Program-made: the position numbers and the translations under genes
Part shown: piece by piece, positions 29,156 through 39,341 of the stretch
Numbering within the stretch: the first letter of the stretch is position 1
Layout of the letters: each line of letters begins with the position of its first letter
Source: an uncultured virus (IMG/VR IMGVR_UViG_3300024505_000864)
Lineage: Duplodnaviria; Heunggongvirae; Uroviricota; Caudoviricetes
Strand: one strand, 5' to 3'
Length of the DNA: 64,000 bases
IMG/VR virus record: IMGVR_UViG_3300024505_000864
Notes under the pieces: generated by a model
Database searches by the model: none
Told to the model about the DNA's origin: nothing
What the model saw: only the letters and a program-made list of their open reading frames with translations

Positions 29156-31662
29156 ACGCAGTCAACAACCGTAAGTATTCCAACTTGATTAATAATAACT
29201 CTTGGGAGAATTGATAGTTGAGGCAGATATTCCAGAACTGGATATAAATCTGCACCTTCACCATTTTGACTATTTATAATCGCATTAGGAAGTGCATCAA
29301 AAATATTAGCACAAGTAATAGATTGAATTCCAACAATAGATCCATTAGGAGTAACAATAGGGGTAAATGTACAAAGACCTACTTGAATGACATCCCCTGT
29401 CGAATATCCAATTCCAGGATTTTCTACGACAATTGATGTTATAATTCCAACAATATCAGTTCCAACTCCAGGTCCAGGTGGTATGACATTATCAAATATT
29501 TCTTTTGGAAATGTTCCAACTCCAGTTGAAACTGGAGTTCCAGGTGGAGTTTGAATAGGATCGTCCGGAATTGGAGTAAGTATTGGAGATAGTCTATTTG
29601 ATATGTTTACTATGGTCCTTGCTACAATAACACCAGAGGTATCTTGTAAATCAAAGAACATCTGTTCTACAGATTCTTGTATACTATCTTGACGTATTTT
29701 AACTTTAACTTGTGCAGTATTTGATTTTATTGTCACACTTCCATTCATACTTCCTTCTATATCATTAGAAGTAATATCTCCACCCAACATATAAGATAAA
29801 GATGTATTATCTTTAACATTTTGAGTAAAAATAGTATAAGTTACAGTTTCACCTTCAAAAAAAGTATATCTATCTGCAGTAACCAAATATGAAGGAATAT
29901 CAAACTCTGAACTTAAATCTGGTGGACAATATCCTGTTCCAGATCGAGTTAGATATATTTGCGTAATTCTTCCTCTAGAAATAGATGCAGATGCTTTTGC
30001 ACCAGAACCGTGATTTGTTTTATCTACTATTGAAATTCTAGGTGGTTTACTGTATCCAAATCCAGAATTAATAATTTTTACAGAAATTATGCTTCCATCT
30101 TTTGAAACAATTGGAACTGCCTTTGCCCCAGATCCATCTCCAAATATTTCTATCTTAGGTGGAACACAATATGGATATACTTTTCCTGTATCAGTCAAAT
30201 CATCTTGACCCTTTGGAGTTTTTACTTTTTTGGTACAATCTCTAAATACAGAACCTTCATATCCATATAATGATAAAGAACCTAATGCATTATCAATATT
30301 ATCATTTACACCTTTGAGGACATTCATATTCCCCAAAACATTATTCCAATTATCAATCCCTGCTCGTTTAGGTCCAAACTTTAATGACCATTCAGATGGG
30401 GTTTTACATTTTAAACTATCACAACCAATAAAATTAAGAATTTGATTTGCAATTGAAGATACTTGAGATAAAATTCCTTTAATTTGAGATAATCCACCAA
30501 GTAACCAATCAAGTCCAGACATTACTGGTTCTAAAAGTTCTTCAATTTTATCCATTAATTTAGAAAGAATTGCTGAAGTAAATTGTTCAGCAGCACAAAG
30601 TGGTGCATTGATAGCTCTACCTACCAATCCCTTAAGCATATCTAAAAGAAAATCTAAAAGCAAATCTATAAGTTTCTCAAAGATACAAAATATAATATTC
30701 ATTATATTTTTAGTTGCTTCTGCAACTGGAGTATGTTGAGGTAAGGGTAAAACTAATGCAATAAATTTTCCAAACAAATCACCTACCAATTTCATTATGG
30801 TAGATCTAAAATTATTAATAATAAATTTAATTACTCCTGTAATTATTCTTGCAGTTCTTTTAATTTCATTAGTAATATCAATTATTGTATTTAAAACTGG
30901 ATCTACATAAGCATCAATATATCCTTCCAATCCATTAACTATTGTAATAAAATCTTGAATTGCCCTTGTAATCTTTCCAATTATATTATTATCACAACCA
31001 TTTTCTTTTGTAATGGTAATACTACCTACTTCTTTTTGAATTATATCAAGTTGTTTATCAACATAAAATATTTTATCCTTACCAGAGTTCCTATCCGAAC
31101 CTAGATCTACAGAAATTGGATTTTCAATTTTACCACCAATAATAGTGGGAGGAGATTCTTCTTCTTTAGCATCTCCCTGTTTAGGGTCAACAGTTGGTTG
31201 TATTTTTGTCTGGCCTTGTGCAACTGTTGATCCTAATGTGGTATCATTTCCTTCAAATGGTTGAAATGCTATATCAGATTCAGGAAATGATTTTACATTT
31301 TTATCTCTATGAATTACTCCAATTACTACTGGTTGTTGGGAATCATCACCATCTAGGAAAAATCCAAAAACAGTTTCTCCTCCAACTAATTTATGACTTT
31401 TACCTAATCCACCTTGAGCACTACCATCAGTAGCACCAAGCATTATTTGTGCCCAAGGTAGATCTTTATCTGGAAGTTCTTTTTTATTATAGGTATGATA
31501 TCCAATTATTCTAACCTTACATCGATATGCCCAAGATCCACCAGTAACTATATCAACCTTTTCTGGTATATCCCATACCTTTGCAGGAGCAACCTGACCT
31601 ATCCACCAAATAAAACCATCTTTTCCAAGATAGTTACTTTTTAATAAAGCATCATCAATCAT
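29152..31662 (-). CDS. gp5: Baseplate hub subunit / tail spike gp5-like
   Basis: GFIWWIGQV, RCKVRIIGYH, LPWAQ, VFGFFLDGDDSQQPVVIG OB-fold motifs. Confidence 0.85.
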   Translation of the reverse strand: MIDDALLKSNYLGKDGFIWWIGQVAPAKVWDIPEKVDIVTGGSWAYRCKVRIIGYHTYNKKELPDKDLPWAQIMLGATDGSAQGGLGKSHKLVGGETVFGFFLDGDDSQQPVVIGVIHRDKNVKSFPESDIAFQPFEGNDTTLGSTVAQGQTKIQPTVDPKQGDAKEEESPPTIIGGKIENPISVDLGSDRNSGKDKIFYVDKQLDIIQKEVGSITITKENGCDNNIIGKITRAIQDFITIVNGLEGYIDAYVDPVLNTIIDITNEIKRTARIITGVIKFIINNFRSTIMKLVGDLFGKFIALVLPLPQHTPVAEATKNIMNIIFCIFEKLIDLLLDFLLDMLKGLVGRAINAPLCAAEQFTSAILSKLMDKIEELLEPVMSGLDWLLGGLSQIKGILSQVSSIANQILNFIGCDSLKCKTPSEWSLKFGPKRAGIDNWNNVLGNMNVLKGVNDNIDNALGSLSLYGYEGSVFRDCTKKVKTPKGQDDLTDTGKVYPYCVPPKIEIFGDGSGAKAVPIVSKDGSIISVKIINSGFGYSKPPRISIVDKTNHGSGAKASASISRGRITQIYLTRSGTGYCPPDLSSEFDIPSYLVTADRYTFFEGETVTYTIFTQNVKDNTSLSYMLGGDITSNDIEGSMNGSVTIKSNTAQVKVKIRQDSIQESVEQMFFDLQDTSGVIVARTIVNISNRLSPILTPIPDDPIQTPPGTPVSTGVGTFPKEIFDNVIPPGPGVGTDIVGIITSIVVENPGIGYSTGDVIQVGLCTFTPIVTPNGSIVGIQSITCANIFDALPNAIINSQNGEGADLYPVLEYLPQLSILPRVIINQVGILTVVDCV

Positions 31663-31867
31663 CGTAAATTCTACATTCTAATGAATTTGGATTTTCGTCG
31701 CAGTATAATTCCAGTGGAGTTGGATCATGATCATCTTCTGGATGACGTTCACGATATCTTTCCAATGATTCCAATTCTTCTTCAGTATGACGACGTGACT
31801 GAGAAGAAATCATAGGATCATCAAGTATTTTTTTGTCGTTTTCAATGTGTTGATGGATGTTTTCCAT
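31655..31867 (-). CDS. cp12: CP12 Calvin cycle inhibitor
   Basis: C-terminal LELYCDENPNSLECRIYDD; start reassigned to MENIHQHIE (70 aa). Confidence 0.9.
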   Translation of the reverse strand: MENIHQHIENDKKILDDPMISSQSRRHTEEELESLERYRERHPEDDHDPTPLELYCDENPNSLECRIYDD

Positions 31868-31868
31868 T

Positions 31869-33215
31869 TTAGTACTGTACGTTAGTTGAACTATAGAGAC
31901 CATAACTGTCTCTTATTAATCTTAAACTAGTAATCATCTGTCCAGGTTCCATATGATGTCTCAATTCTTTAATTAAATAATTTCCACTTTGTTGAGGATC
32001 TGCCTCTTTTTTATCACTTCTATCAATCTTAGGAAATTCTGCATAAATGATATCACCAGCTTTCAAAGTCACATTACAAGGAACTACCATATTTAGTGCT
32101 TGAGTAAACAAAAGATTGTAACGAGAAAATGATTTTGCCATATCTGCTTCATCCCTCATATTTGTTTTATCATCAATCTTCGAATCCCCTTCTATAGTAT
32201 TATCCATAACTCCAATATCAGAGGTTCTTACCATTATTCTCGATACAGATTCTCCAAATTCTTCAGATACTGCTATTGATGCATCTCCACTGAGAACATT
32301 GGCATTTCTTATTTCATCCTTTAACGTATATTTGTAAATATTTAATTTATTTTTATAAAGATCATAAAAATATGTTTTACTAGAATACATACCTACTCTT
32401 AAATTTGTTAAAAGATTATTATTTTTTTCAAAACTATAATTTAATATTTTGTAATTATTTACTGGTTTGTTATGCTCAGTAACTTGAGTATAATAATATT
32501 TTTGAATATTTTCAGAATTAGAACTACCAGATTGAACTCTGGTATTTTTTACAAGACTGTCAATACTTCTAAAATTAAATCCATCTTTATTCTCATAAAA
32601 TAAAAATCCTGCTATACCTTTACCTTCACTTGCAACTCCACTACCAGATACTCCTGTCGTTTTAGATGTAGTTGGTATAGATTTAGGACCTAACCAAGTT
32701 AAGATATGAAATGGTTTTTTCTGATTTCCAATAAAAGCATAACTATTCAAAGTTTTTTCTATATTCTCTGCTTTATATTTTTTAGTTTTTAAAATATCTT
32801 TTAAAATTGAAGTGACCGATTGGTCAATTGTTCCTCCATATCTTTTTACACATCTTACTGTCTCATTGGTAAGTGCTTCCCGAGAAACTAGATTCAGAGT
32901 AAACATTTCACTGGTACTATCTGGACTTATTCCACTAACTTTATACACATACAGTGAATTTTCCCCATCAAATTCAAATTTTCCAAATCCAGTATCAACA
33001 CTTAAAAATACCTTTTCACCACCACGTATTGGAAGTAAATTTACAAGTGATGTACTATTCATCACTTGAATTGTCATAGTAATAGATGGTGATAAAATAT
33101 CTTCAAAATAATCTAAAAACATGATGGAAGATGATCCTGCAAGATCAACAGATTTAGATCCATCTAAAGATTGAATAACAAACCCATTCGGTTTTAGTGC
33201 GTTTACTGCTGACAT
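31869..33215 (-). CDS. Putative baseplate hub protein (gp27-like)
   Basis: YFEDILSP, GFLFYENKDGFNFRSIDSL, SGNYLIKELRH, LIRDSYG; position next to gp5. Confidence 0.5.
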   Translation of the reverse strand: MSAVNALKPNGFVIQSLDGSKSVDLAGSSSIMFLDYFEDILSPSITMTIQVMNSTSLVNLLPIRGGEKVFLSVDTGFGKFEFDGENSLYVYKVSGISPDSTSEMFTLNLVSREALTNETVRCVKRYGGTIDQSVTSILKDILKTKKYKAENIEKTLNSYAFIGNQKKPFHILTWLGPKSIPTTSKTTGVSGSGVASEGKGIAGFLFYENKDGFNFRSIDSLVKNTRVQSGSSNSENIQKYYYTQVTEHNKPVNNYKILNYSFEKNNNLLTNLRVGMYSSKTYFYDLYKNKLNIYKYTLKDEIRNANVLSGDASIAVSEEFGESVSRIMVRTSDIGVMDNTIEGDSKIDDKTNMRDEADMAKSFSRYNLLFTQALNMVVPCNVTLKAGDIIYAEFPKIDRSDKKEADPQQSGNYLIKELRHHMEPGQMITSLRLIRDSYGLYSSTNVQY

Positions 33216-34927
33216 TATGCGAAAGATAAATTGGTTAAAAGAATTGTCTTAACTAAACTATTTACCACAGCACCTTCAGATGGTCCAGTGACTACTACCT
33301 GATTGCCATTACCTCCACCACCTGAAGGAATAATAATTGGTTTTTGAGAACCACCACCCCCACCTCCAGATGCAATAATCATTGGTCTATCAATAATATA
33401 AGATTGCCCCTGAGAATAAGAAGGATAATATGCAACCATCTGAGGTTGAATATTTTGGGAAATTGAATCTGGTGCAAGTGAAACCATAGATTCATATGCA
33501 GAACTAGATTGCATAGATGGAGGTTGAATTTTTGGAGATGTTTCTGCAGATTTAATTGCAGATTCTTCATTTCCCGCAAAAGATGTTTTAACTTCACCAA
33601 GTTTCATTCCCACATCTGATGCTTTTCTTTCTGTAACTTTAACCGATCCACCAAATCTAAAATAAGAAGATGCAACACCTTTGGGATTTACTGGTTTAGT
33701 TCCAGGTCCCCCAGGTCTATACTCAAAATGAACATGAGGTCCAGTAGATCTTCCAGTGCTACCTTGATTACCAATGACAGTCCCTGGTGATATTCTTTGA
33801 CCTTTTTTTACATTTACTCTACTTAAATGTCCATAAAAAGTTTCAGAACCATTATCATGTTTTACTGCAACCCAATTTCCATATCCTGCTTCAGTACCAA
33901 CATCTACAACTCCTGCCTGTAGAATGGAAACTGGTGCAGTTGGATTTGGATGTGCAAAATCTGCACCATTATGCATTTTACCCCATCTCCACCCATACCC
34001 AGATGTAAAATGCTTTGATGGATCATCTCCACCTTCTGCAGTAGTTACTGCACCAACCTCTTCAGTTGAAGGTTGTTCATCAATATAAGAAGTATCTACC
34101 TCTCCAGTTGCATCTTCCATGGGAGGGGCACCATCTTCACCCATTAATGATGCACCAAATCCACTCACAAATTTTTCAAATTTTGACACAACACTATCAA
34201 ATCTCGAAACTACCTGATCAAATCCCGTAGTACTTTGAGCAGATAATTTTTGCTTTACTTCTTGTTCTTTTATTTTTTGCTCTGTTTTTTCTTTGAGAGA
34301 TGTACCAGAAGTAAAATCCATTGCTCGATCTGCAGCATATCCACCTAAAAATCCACCAGCCATACTGCCAAGAACAAAACCTAGACCTGGTACAGGTATC
34401 AGTGCCTGACCTATGGCACCACCAAGCATAGACCCCGCAAGAGATCCTCCTGCCCCTGCTGCAGCCTTCCCTATACCTTCACCCTGTTGAAGTCCAGTGG
34501 CAAAGTCCAACCCCGCAAAAACAGCATTAGCAATTCCCAATGCTCGAATTCCACCAAGTCTAATTCTACCACCTCTTATCGATGGTTTTCCACCTGGAGT
34601 TTTAGATTTAGGAGAACTTCCAACTTTCTCACCACGTCCAGGAAAAAATCCTCTTACTAACCCACCAAGATCTAAAGCACCACTTAATAATGATCCCAAA
34701 AGGCCACCTGCATTTCCAAATGTATTAACGATATTAATATTTGCTAGTTGCCTTATTTTTTTCTCATCTGGTAATTTTATTCTTTCAATTTCAAATTTTC
34801 TAACTTCTAAGAAGTTCATAAATTGATTAAATTCCCCTTGAGCCTTAGGAAGTGCTCGATTGGAACGATTTCCAATAGATACAATATTATTTGCTGCAGT
34901 TGCTAATGGTGATGATAGTACTGCCAT
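33215..34927 (-). CDS. Tail-associated protein with M23 peptidase domain
   Basis: HNGADFA, GYGNWV, YGHLS, GSTGRSTGPHVHFE; Gly-rich membrane-like segment. Confidence 0.8.
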   Translation of the reverse strand: MAVLSSPLATAANNIVSIGNRSNRALPKAQGEFNQFMNFLEVRKFEIERIKLPDEKKIRQLANINIVNTFGNAGGLLGSLLSGALDLGGLVRGFFPGRGEKVGSSPKSKTPGGKPSIRGGRIRLGGIRALGIANAVFAGLDFATGLQQGEGIGKAAAGAGGSLAGSMLGGAIGQALIPVPGLGFVLGSMAGGFLGGYAADRAMDFTSGTSLKEKTEQKIKEQEVKQKLSAQSTTGFDQVVSRFDSVVSKFEKFVSGFGASLMGEDGAPPMEDATGEVDTSYIDEQPSTEEVGAVTTAEGGDDPSKHFTSGYGWRWGKMHNGADFAHPNPTAPVSILQAGVVDVGTEAGYGNWVAVKHDNGSETFYGHLSRVNVKKGQRISPGTVIGNQGSTGRSTGPHVHFEYRPGGPGTKPVNPKGVASSYFRFGGSVKVTERKASDVGMKLGEVKTSFAGNEESAIKSAETSPKIQPPSMQSSSAYESMVSLAPDSISQNIQPQMVAYYPSYSQGQSYIIDRPMIIASGGGGGGSQKPIIIPSGGGGNGNQVVVTGPSEGAVVNSLVKTILLTNLSFA

Positions 34928-34928
34928 A

Positions 34929-36872
34929 TTATCCGTCCACTATATTGTATACCATTCTAGAATACATGACAAAGAAATTATCAGGATTAGATGTAGGTAA
35001 AAATGGAACTTCAGGACCTGCATGTTGCTGGGGTGGTGGGGCAATTACTTCACCCGTAGATTGGGGTTGCTGCTGTGCTCCCATATTCATAATTTGTGGT
35101 GGCAATTGTATCATCTGAGGTGCCTGTTGTGCAGGTTGTGATATATCTTGCGATCTTGTTTGTGTTGCTTGTGTTTGTGTAGGTGCTGCAGATACTTGAG
35201 ATTGTTGTGTTGGAGATGTAGCAACTGTTGGTGATTTTAATGATTTTGAATAAGATCTTTGAATATCACTCAAAGATTTTACAGATTGTCCATAATAACT
35301 TTTACCACTTAAAGTTGGAAATGAAGCCCATACTGGGGCCAACTTATTAACAACATTTGCAGATAATCCTTCTTTAGATAATAATTCTGGAGTAACTCCT
35401 TTTTCATAAGCTAACCATAAAGCAGCTTCATCTTGTTTTTGTGGAGTGAATGGTTCATTTGGTTTCAATACTCCTTTATTGACAAGATCTTGTAAAGTAT
35501 TAGGCATAAATTGATATCTTCCAGTAGCCCCACTCCATTTATGTTTACTTCCAGGTTTTCCAAAAGTATTTCCAAGATCAATAACATCTTTGACAGTCAA
35601 TTTACCTTGTTCTAAATCTTTATTTACTTCACCTCCAGATACTGTTCCATAACTTCCTTGAGTTCCTTCAGCAAAAGATATAGCATCTAACATAGCTTTT
35701 TGCTCTGGTGTTCCAGACATAGCTCCTGGACCACCAGAACCCGGTGGAGGTTCCCGACTAGGTGCTGCACCTCCTCCTCCACCACCAGATGTTGTAGAAC
35801 CCTTTTTTTCACTCTTACTGATTAAATTTTCTACTGCATTTGAAAATCTATCTATTATTGCAGATAAACTATCAATCATATTTGAAGGAAGCATTCCAGT
35901 AGAAGGAACTGCCTGAGCCTCTGAAAGTTTTCTTTCTTGGAATTCTTTTGCAGCAAACATTCCCGTAGCACCTAATCCAAGTCCACCTAAACCTATAGCA
36001 CCCATTCTTAAAAGAGATGATCCCCTTCCCCTACCCACATTTCTTACAGAAGGTCCTGCAGATTGCTTCAATCTTCCACCGGGAACTCCAACATCAATAT
36101 TCAATCCACCTGCATTAGGATTTGCTCTAGGTAAATTGGAAAGTTGATTTACAATTTTTATAATTGTTTGACGAAGTACTTTTGCAATATCAAAACTATT
36201 TTGAAATAACTTACGAAGTGCTTTTAAATTATCTTCTACTTTTTTTATATTTTTTACGTTACCAAAGAAATTAACAAACCCTATAGCATTTCTATAAAGA
36301 TCTAAAAACTTTCCTAAAATAGTAGAAGGTTTAGTATCATCTATGCCCTTTATTTTTTGTTGATAATCTTTTGAAAAATTACTTATAGTATTTGAAAGTA
36401 CTTGTTGAGATTGTGCCTGAATATTTTGAACTACTTGCTGTATTTGTGTAACAGGTGTTACTGATTGTACGGGAGTCTTCGAAACATTATCCTGTAAACT
36501 AGAAATAGTTTTTGACAAATCTTTTTTAAGATTGTCTATGGTAGATTGAGTGTTTGAGATATTTTTATATAATTCATCTCTTAGAGAATTTATTTTTTTA
36601 TCTACATCACTTAATATAAAATTTGTAGTATTTTTTATTGAATTATCTACATTATTAACAATATTATTGGAAATACTACTAACCAGATTATTAATATCAG
36701 GTCTGACAGGAGATACTGGTTCTCTAGAAAAACCTACAATCTTATTTGCAGCAGATCCTACCACAGAAGATCCCAGAGGAGCAGTTTCACCAGTAAAAAA
36801 TTTTTGAAATGCTTCTGGGTTTCTTTTCTGTTGCCCTATTATTTTTTGTGGACTTAGGACACTACTGACCAT
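34929..36872 (-). CDS. Tail-associated protein with lambda-type lysozyme/muramidase domain
   Basis: MLDAISFAEGT, GATGRYQFMPNT, FTPQKQDEAA, WASFP. Confidence 0.8.
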   Translation of the reverse strand: MVSSVLSPQKIIGQQKRNPEAFQKFFTGETAPLGSSVVGSAANKIVGFSREPVSPVRPDINNLVSSISNNIVNNVDNSIKNTTNFILSDVDKKINSLRDELYKNISNTQSTIDNLKKDLSKTISSLQDNVSKTPVQSVTPVTQIQQVVQNIQAQSQQVLSNTISNFSKDYQQKIKGIDDTKPSTILGKFLDLYRNAIGFVNFFGNVKNIKKVEDNLKALRKLFQNSFDIAKVLRQTIIKIVNQLSNLPRANPNAGGLNIDVGVPGGRLKQSAGPSVRNVGRGRGSSLLRMGAIGLGGLGLGATGMFAAKEFQERKLSEAQAVPSTGMLPSNMIDSLSAIIDRFSNAVENLISKSEKKGSTTSGGGGGGAAPSREPPPGSGGPGAMSGTPEQKAMLDAISFAEGTQGSYGTVSGGEVNKDLEQGKLTVKDVIDLGNTFGKPGSKHKWSGATGRYQFMPNTLQDLVNKGVLKPNEPFTPQKQDEAALWLAYEKGVTPELLSKEGLSANVVNKLAPVWASFPTLSGKSYYGQSVKSLSDIQRSYSKSLKSPTVATSPTQQSQVSAAPTQTQATQTRSQDISQPAQQAPQMIQLPPQIMNMGAQQQPQSTGEVIAPPPQQHAGPEVPFLPTSNPDNFFVMYSRMVYNIVDG

Positions 36873-37044
36873 TTTGCTGCTGTTTTAATTTTTCTTCTTC
36901 AATATGCTGCTGTAGTAATGCTAAATAGATTTCCCTCTCATATGGAATCATATTTTCCACCTCAGTCAAAGAGTATTTATGATACTGCATGAGTGCAAAA
37001 TTAATTCGATAATAACTCTCCAACTCCATATACGACATCATCAA
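36862..37044 (-). CDS. gp51: Baseplate hub assembly catalyst gp51
   Basis: YYRINFALMQYHKYSLTEVENMIPYEREIY. Confidence 0.9.
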   Translation of the reverse strand: MMMSYMELESYYRINFALMQYHKYSLTEVENMIPYEREIYLALLQQHIEEEKLKQQQNGQ

Positions 37045-37769
37045 CCGAAAAAACTTGTCAATCCCTCCAACTTAACAGTATTTTCAACTTTAGTTTTTGG
37101 ATTAATGACTGTTATAGTATGAGATAAAACAGGCATAGTTTCAAAGAATTTTTCAATTTCTTTGAATTGTTGAGTATTCATACTATCAATAAATTCAAAA
37201 AGTTCTTTTTTAGTGCAGTCTGATGCACTCCAAGAATCTTCTGAATTGAAAATAATATCAATACATGAAGCAATAATATCAAATGATTTTTCAATGTTTG
37301 AAGAACTTTGCTCTGAAGTAAAATCGAAATTGTTTTTAATGAATTGCTCTAAAGATGGATACTTCATTCTAAGAACTAGGTTATCATCTAGTTTAATATC
37401 TTTAGAATGTTCTGGAGATTTCTCCACCTTTATTTCATCAATGTATATTGTTACTGGAACTTGAGTTTCTCCATCATCACTACAAGTTATTATTAGATCT
37501 AAAGATTCACCTACAGATTTTCCTCTAACATTTAAGAAAATATATTCAATGTCAAAGGTAGGAAGTTCTTCTACTTTAATACCTTTAGTAATAATACATT
37601 CTTTTAAAATTTGTTTTATAGCATTAGTAATTTGTTTATTATCTCTACTTTCTAATGCAAGAAGTAATATTTTTTCTTCTTTAACTAAAAATGGTCTATA
37701 TTTAATTGTTTTTTCAGTTGATGGCAAAATCAACTCAAATATTGGAGTACTAATCTTAGGTAATGGCAT
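37041..37769 (-). CDS. gp26: Baseplate hub subunit gp26
   Basis: MPLPKI..P, YRPFLVKEEKILL, FDIEYIFLNVRGKSVGE, GLTSFF. Confidence 0.9.
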   Translation of the reverse strand: MPLPKISTPIFELILPSTEKTIKYRPFLVKEEKILLLALESRDNKQITNAIKQILKECIITKGIKVEELPTFDIEYIFLNVRGKSVGESLDLIITCSDDGETQVPVTIYIDEIKVEKSPEHSKDIKLDDNLVLRMKYPSLEQFIKNNFDFTSEQSSSNIEKSFDIIASCIDIIFNSEDSWSASDCTKKELFEFIDSMNTQQFKEIEKFFETMPVLSHTITVINPKTKVENTVKLEGLTSFFG

Positions 37770-37807
37770 ACTTTACAATAATAAGTAATGATATTTATTT
37801 CTTTTAT

Positions 37808-38578
37808 TCAAAGTAAATCGTCAGTTCCTTTATTGTATTCGATAACATATCTATTGTAATCGAAAGTAACTGTTGTTTTTGTGATTGTACTTCCTTCATA
37901 TGTAACTGGAATAGCAGTAATATTTGTAGGGAAAGCTTCAATCATTCTATAAGTTAATGATGGAACATTGCCAAGTTGATTAGAAACATTAGTAAGATTT
38001 CCTGGATTTTTTAAAAAGTTTCTTTCAAATTTTACTATAGATATAGTTCTTTTATATGTGTTTGGATATCTAAATCTGAAAAAATCTGTTCTATCTTTTG
38101 CATCACCTTGACCACTTCGAGTTCCAGGATAAACACCATTTTTACCATAAATTGGATTGATATAATTCATCCATTCTTCAAATAATCTCAACATTCTATA
38201 GTCTTTATCAACATAAAAAGTCATGGTAAATGGAGCATAAACTCTTCTATTTGGAAACCTTTCCAAAACTCCCTGACGACTTCCTATTTCTTCAATGGTA
38301 TCAAAAGTTGCACCAGGTAATGCAGCATCAGAACAATAAAAATTATAGTACTCATTTATTTCTGCATTATCAGTCAATCCAACTTGATTTAAATATTGAC
38401 TTAAAAAGTCTCCAGCATTTGTCAAGTGTAAAGCAACTTTAAATTGACTTGTTACCGATAATGCACCAAAAATTTCTAATGCACCTGGAAGATTAACACT
38501 ACCATCAGTTCTTCCAGTAGTTTGCTTTATGTATAATGGTCCTATATCTGGTTTACCTTTGCCTTGCTCCTGAGCCAT
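37808..38578 (-). CDS. gp54: Tail-tube-fold protein, probably baseplate-tail tube initiator
   Basis: CSDAALPG, TMTFYVD, FEEWMNYI, AFPTNI, TVTFDY. Confidence 0.6.
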   Translation of the reverse strand: MAQEQGKGKPDIGPLYIKQTTGRTDGSVNLPGALEIFGALSVTSQFKVALHLTNAGDFLSQYLNQVGLTDNAEINEYYNFYCSDAALPGATFDTIEEIGSRQGVLERFPNRRVYAPFTMTFYVDKDYRMLRLFEEWMNYINPIYGKNGVYPGTRSGQGDAKDRTDFFRFRYPNTYKRTISIVKFERNFLKNPGNLTNVSNQLGNVPSLTYRMIEAFPTNITAIPVTYEGSTITKTTVTFDYNRYVIEYNKGTDDLL

Positions 38579-38579
38579 C

Positions 38580-38657
38580 TATAAATACAATAAACCTTTT
38601 TAGTATTTATGGTGCATAAGGAAGATCGGTCATATTTTTAAAAAGTTAGATATAAAT
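38580..38657. promoter_or_regulatory. Divergent T4-type late promoters
   Basis: TATAAATA on + at ~38580 and ~38650; CATAAATA on - at ~38604-38611. Confidence 0.65.
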
Positions 38658-38681
38658 ATAAGGGAGATCCTACACAACAAT

Positions 38682-39341
38682 ATGTTTGTTTATCAAATAG
38701 TCAATAAAATCAATAATAAAAAATATATTGGCATAACATCTAGATCATTGAATAAAAGATTTAATGAACATAAAAAACAATTAAATTGTGGGATAGCATC
38801 AGCACTGGTAAAATACGGAGAAGAAAATTTTTATATAGAAAAACTAGAAGAATGTAAAAATTGGGAAGACTTGTTGGAAAAAGAAAAATTATGGATTAAT
38901 AAAATAAATCCAGAATATAATAAAACTTTAGGTGGAGAAGGATTATTAGGATTTAAACATTCAAAAGAAACTAAAGAAAAAATAAGTTTAAAAAATAAAG
39001 GAAAACCTACTCCAGATCCAAATGGTGAAAGATTAAAAGAATATAGAGAATTACATGGAAATTTTTGGGTTGGAAAAAAACATACGGAAGAATATAAAAA
39101 ATTAAAATCTATAGATAGATTAAATTACTATAAAACAGAAAAAGGAATAAAACAAAAAGAACAAATATCAAAAACTTTAAAAGAAAAAGGAATAAAACCT
39201 CCCAATAATACTTTAGGAATAACAAAAGGGACATCCTGGTGGAATAATGGAAAAATTAATAAAAGATCAGTCGAAAGTCCAGGAGATGATTTTATGCCAG
39301 GAAGAATAAAAGGTAAATGGAAATGGAATAAAAAGAAATGA
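38682..39341 (+). CDS. Free-standing GIY-YIG homing endonuclease with NUMOD3-like repeats (Seg-like)
   Basis: FVYQIVNKINNKKYIGIT, RFNEH, YNKTLGGEG, HSKETKEKIS, GKKHTEE. Confidence 0.9.
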   Translation: MFVYQIVNKINNKKYIGITSRSLNKRFNEHKKQLNCGIASALVKYGEENFYIEKLEECKNWEDLLEKEKLWINKINPEYNKTLGGEGLLGFKHSKETKEKISLKNKGKPTPDPNGERLKEYRELHGNFWVGKKHTEEYKKLKSIDRLNYYKTEKGIKQKEQISKTLKEKGIKPPNNTLGITKGTSWWNNGKINKRSVESPGDDFMPGRIKGKWKWNKKK

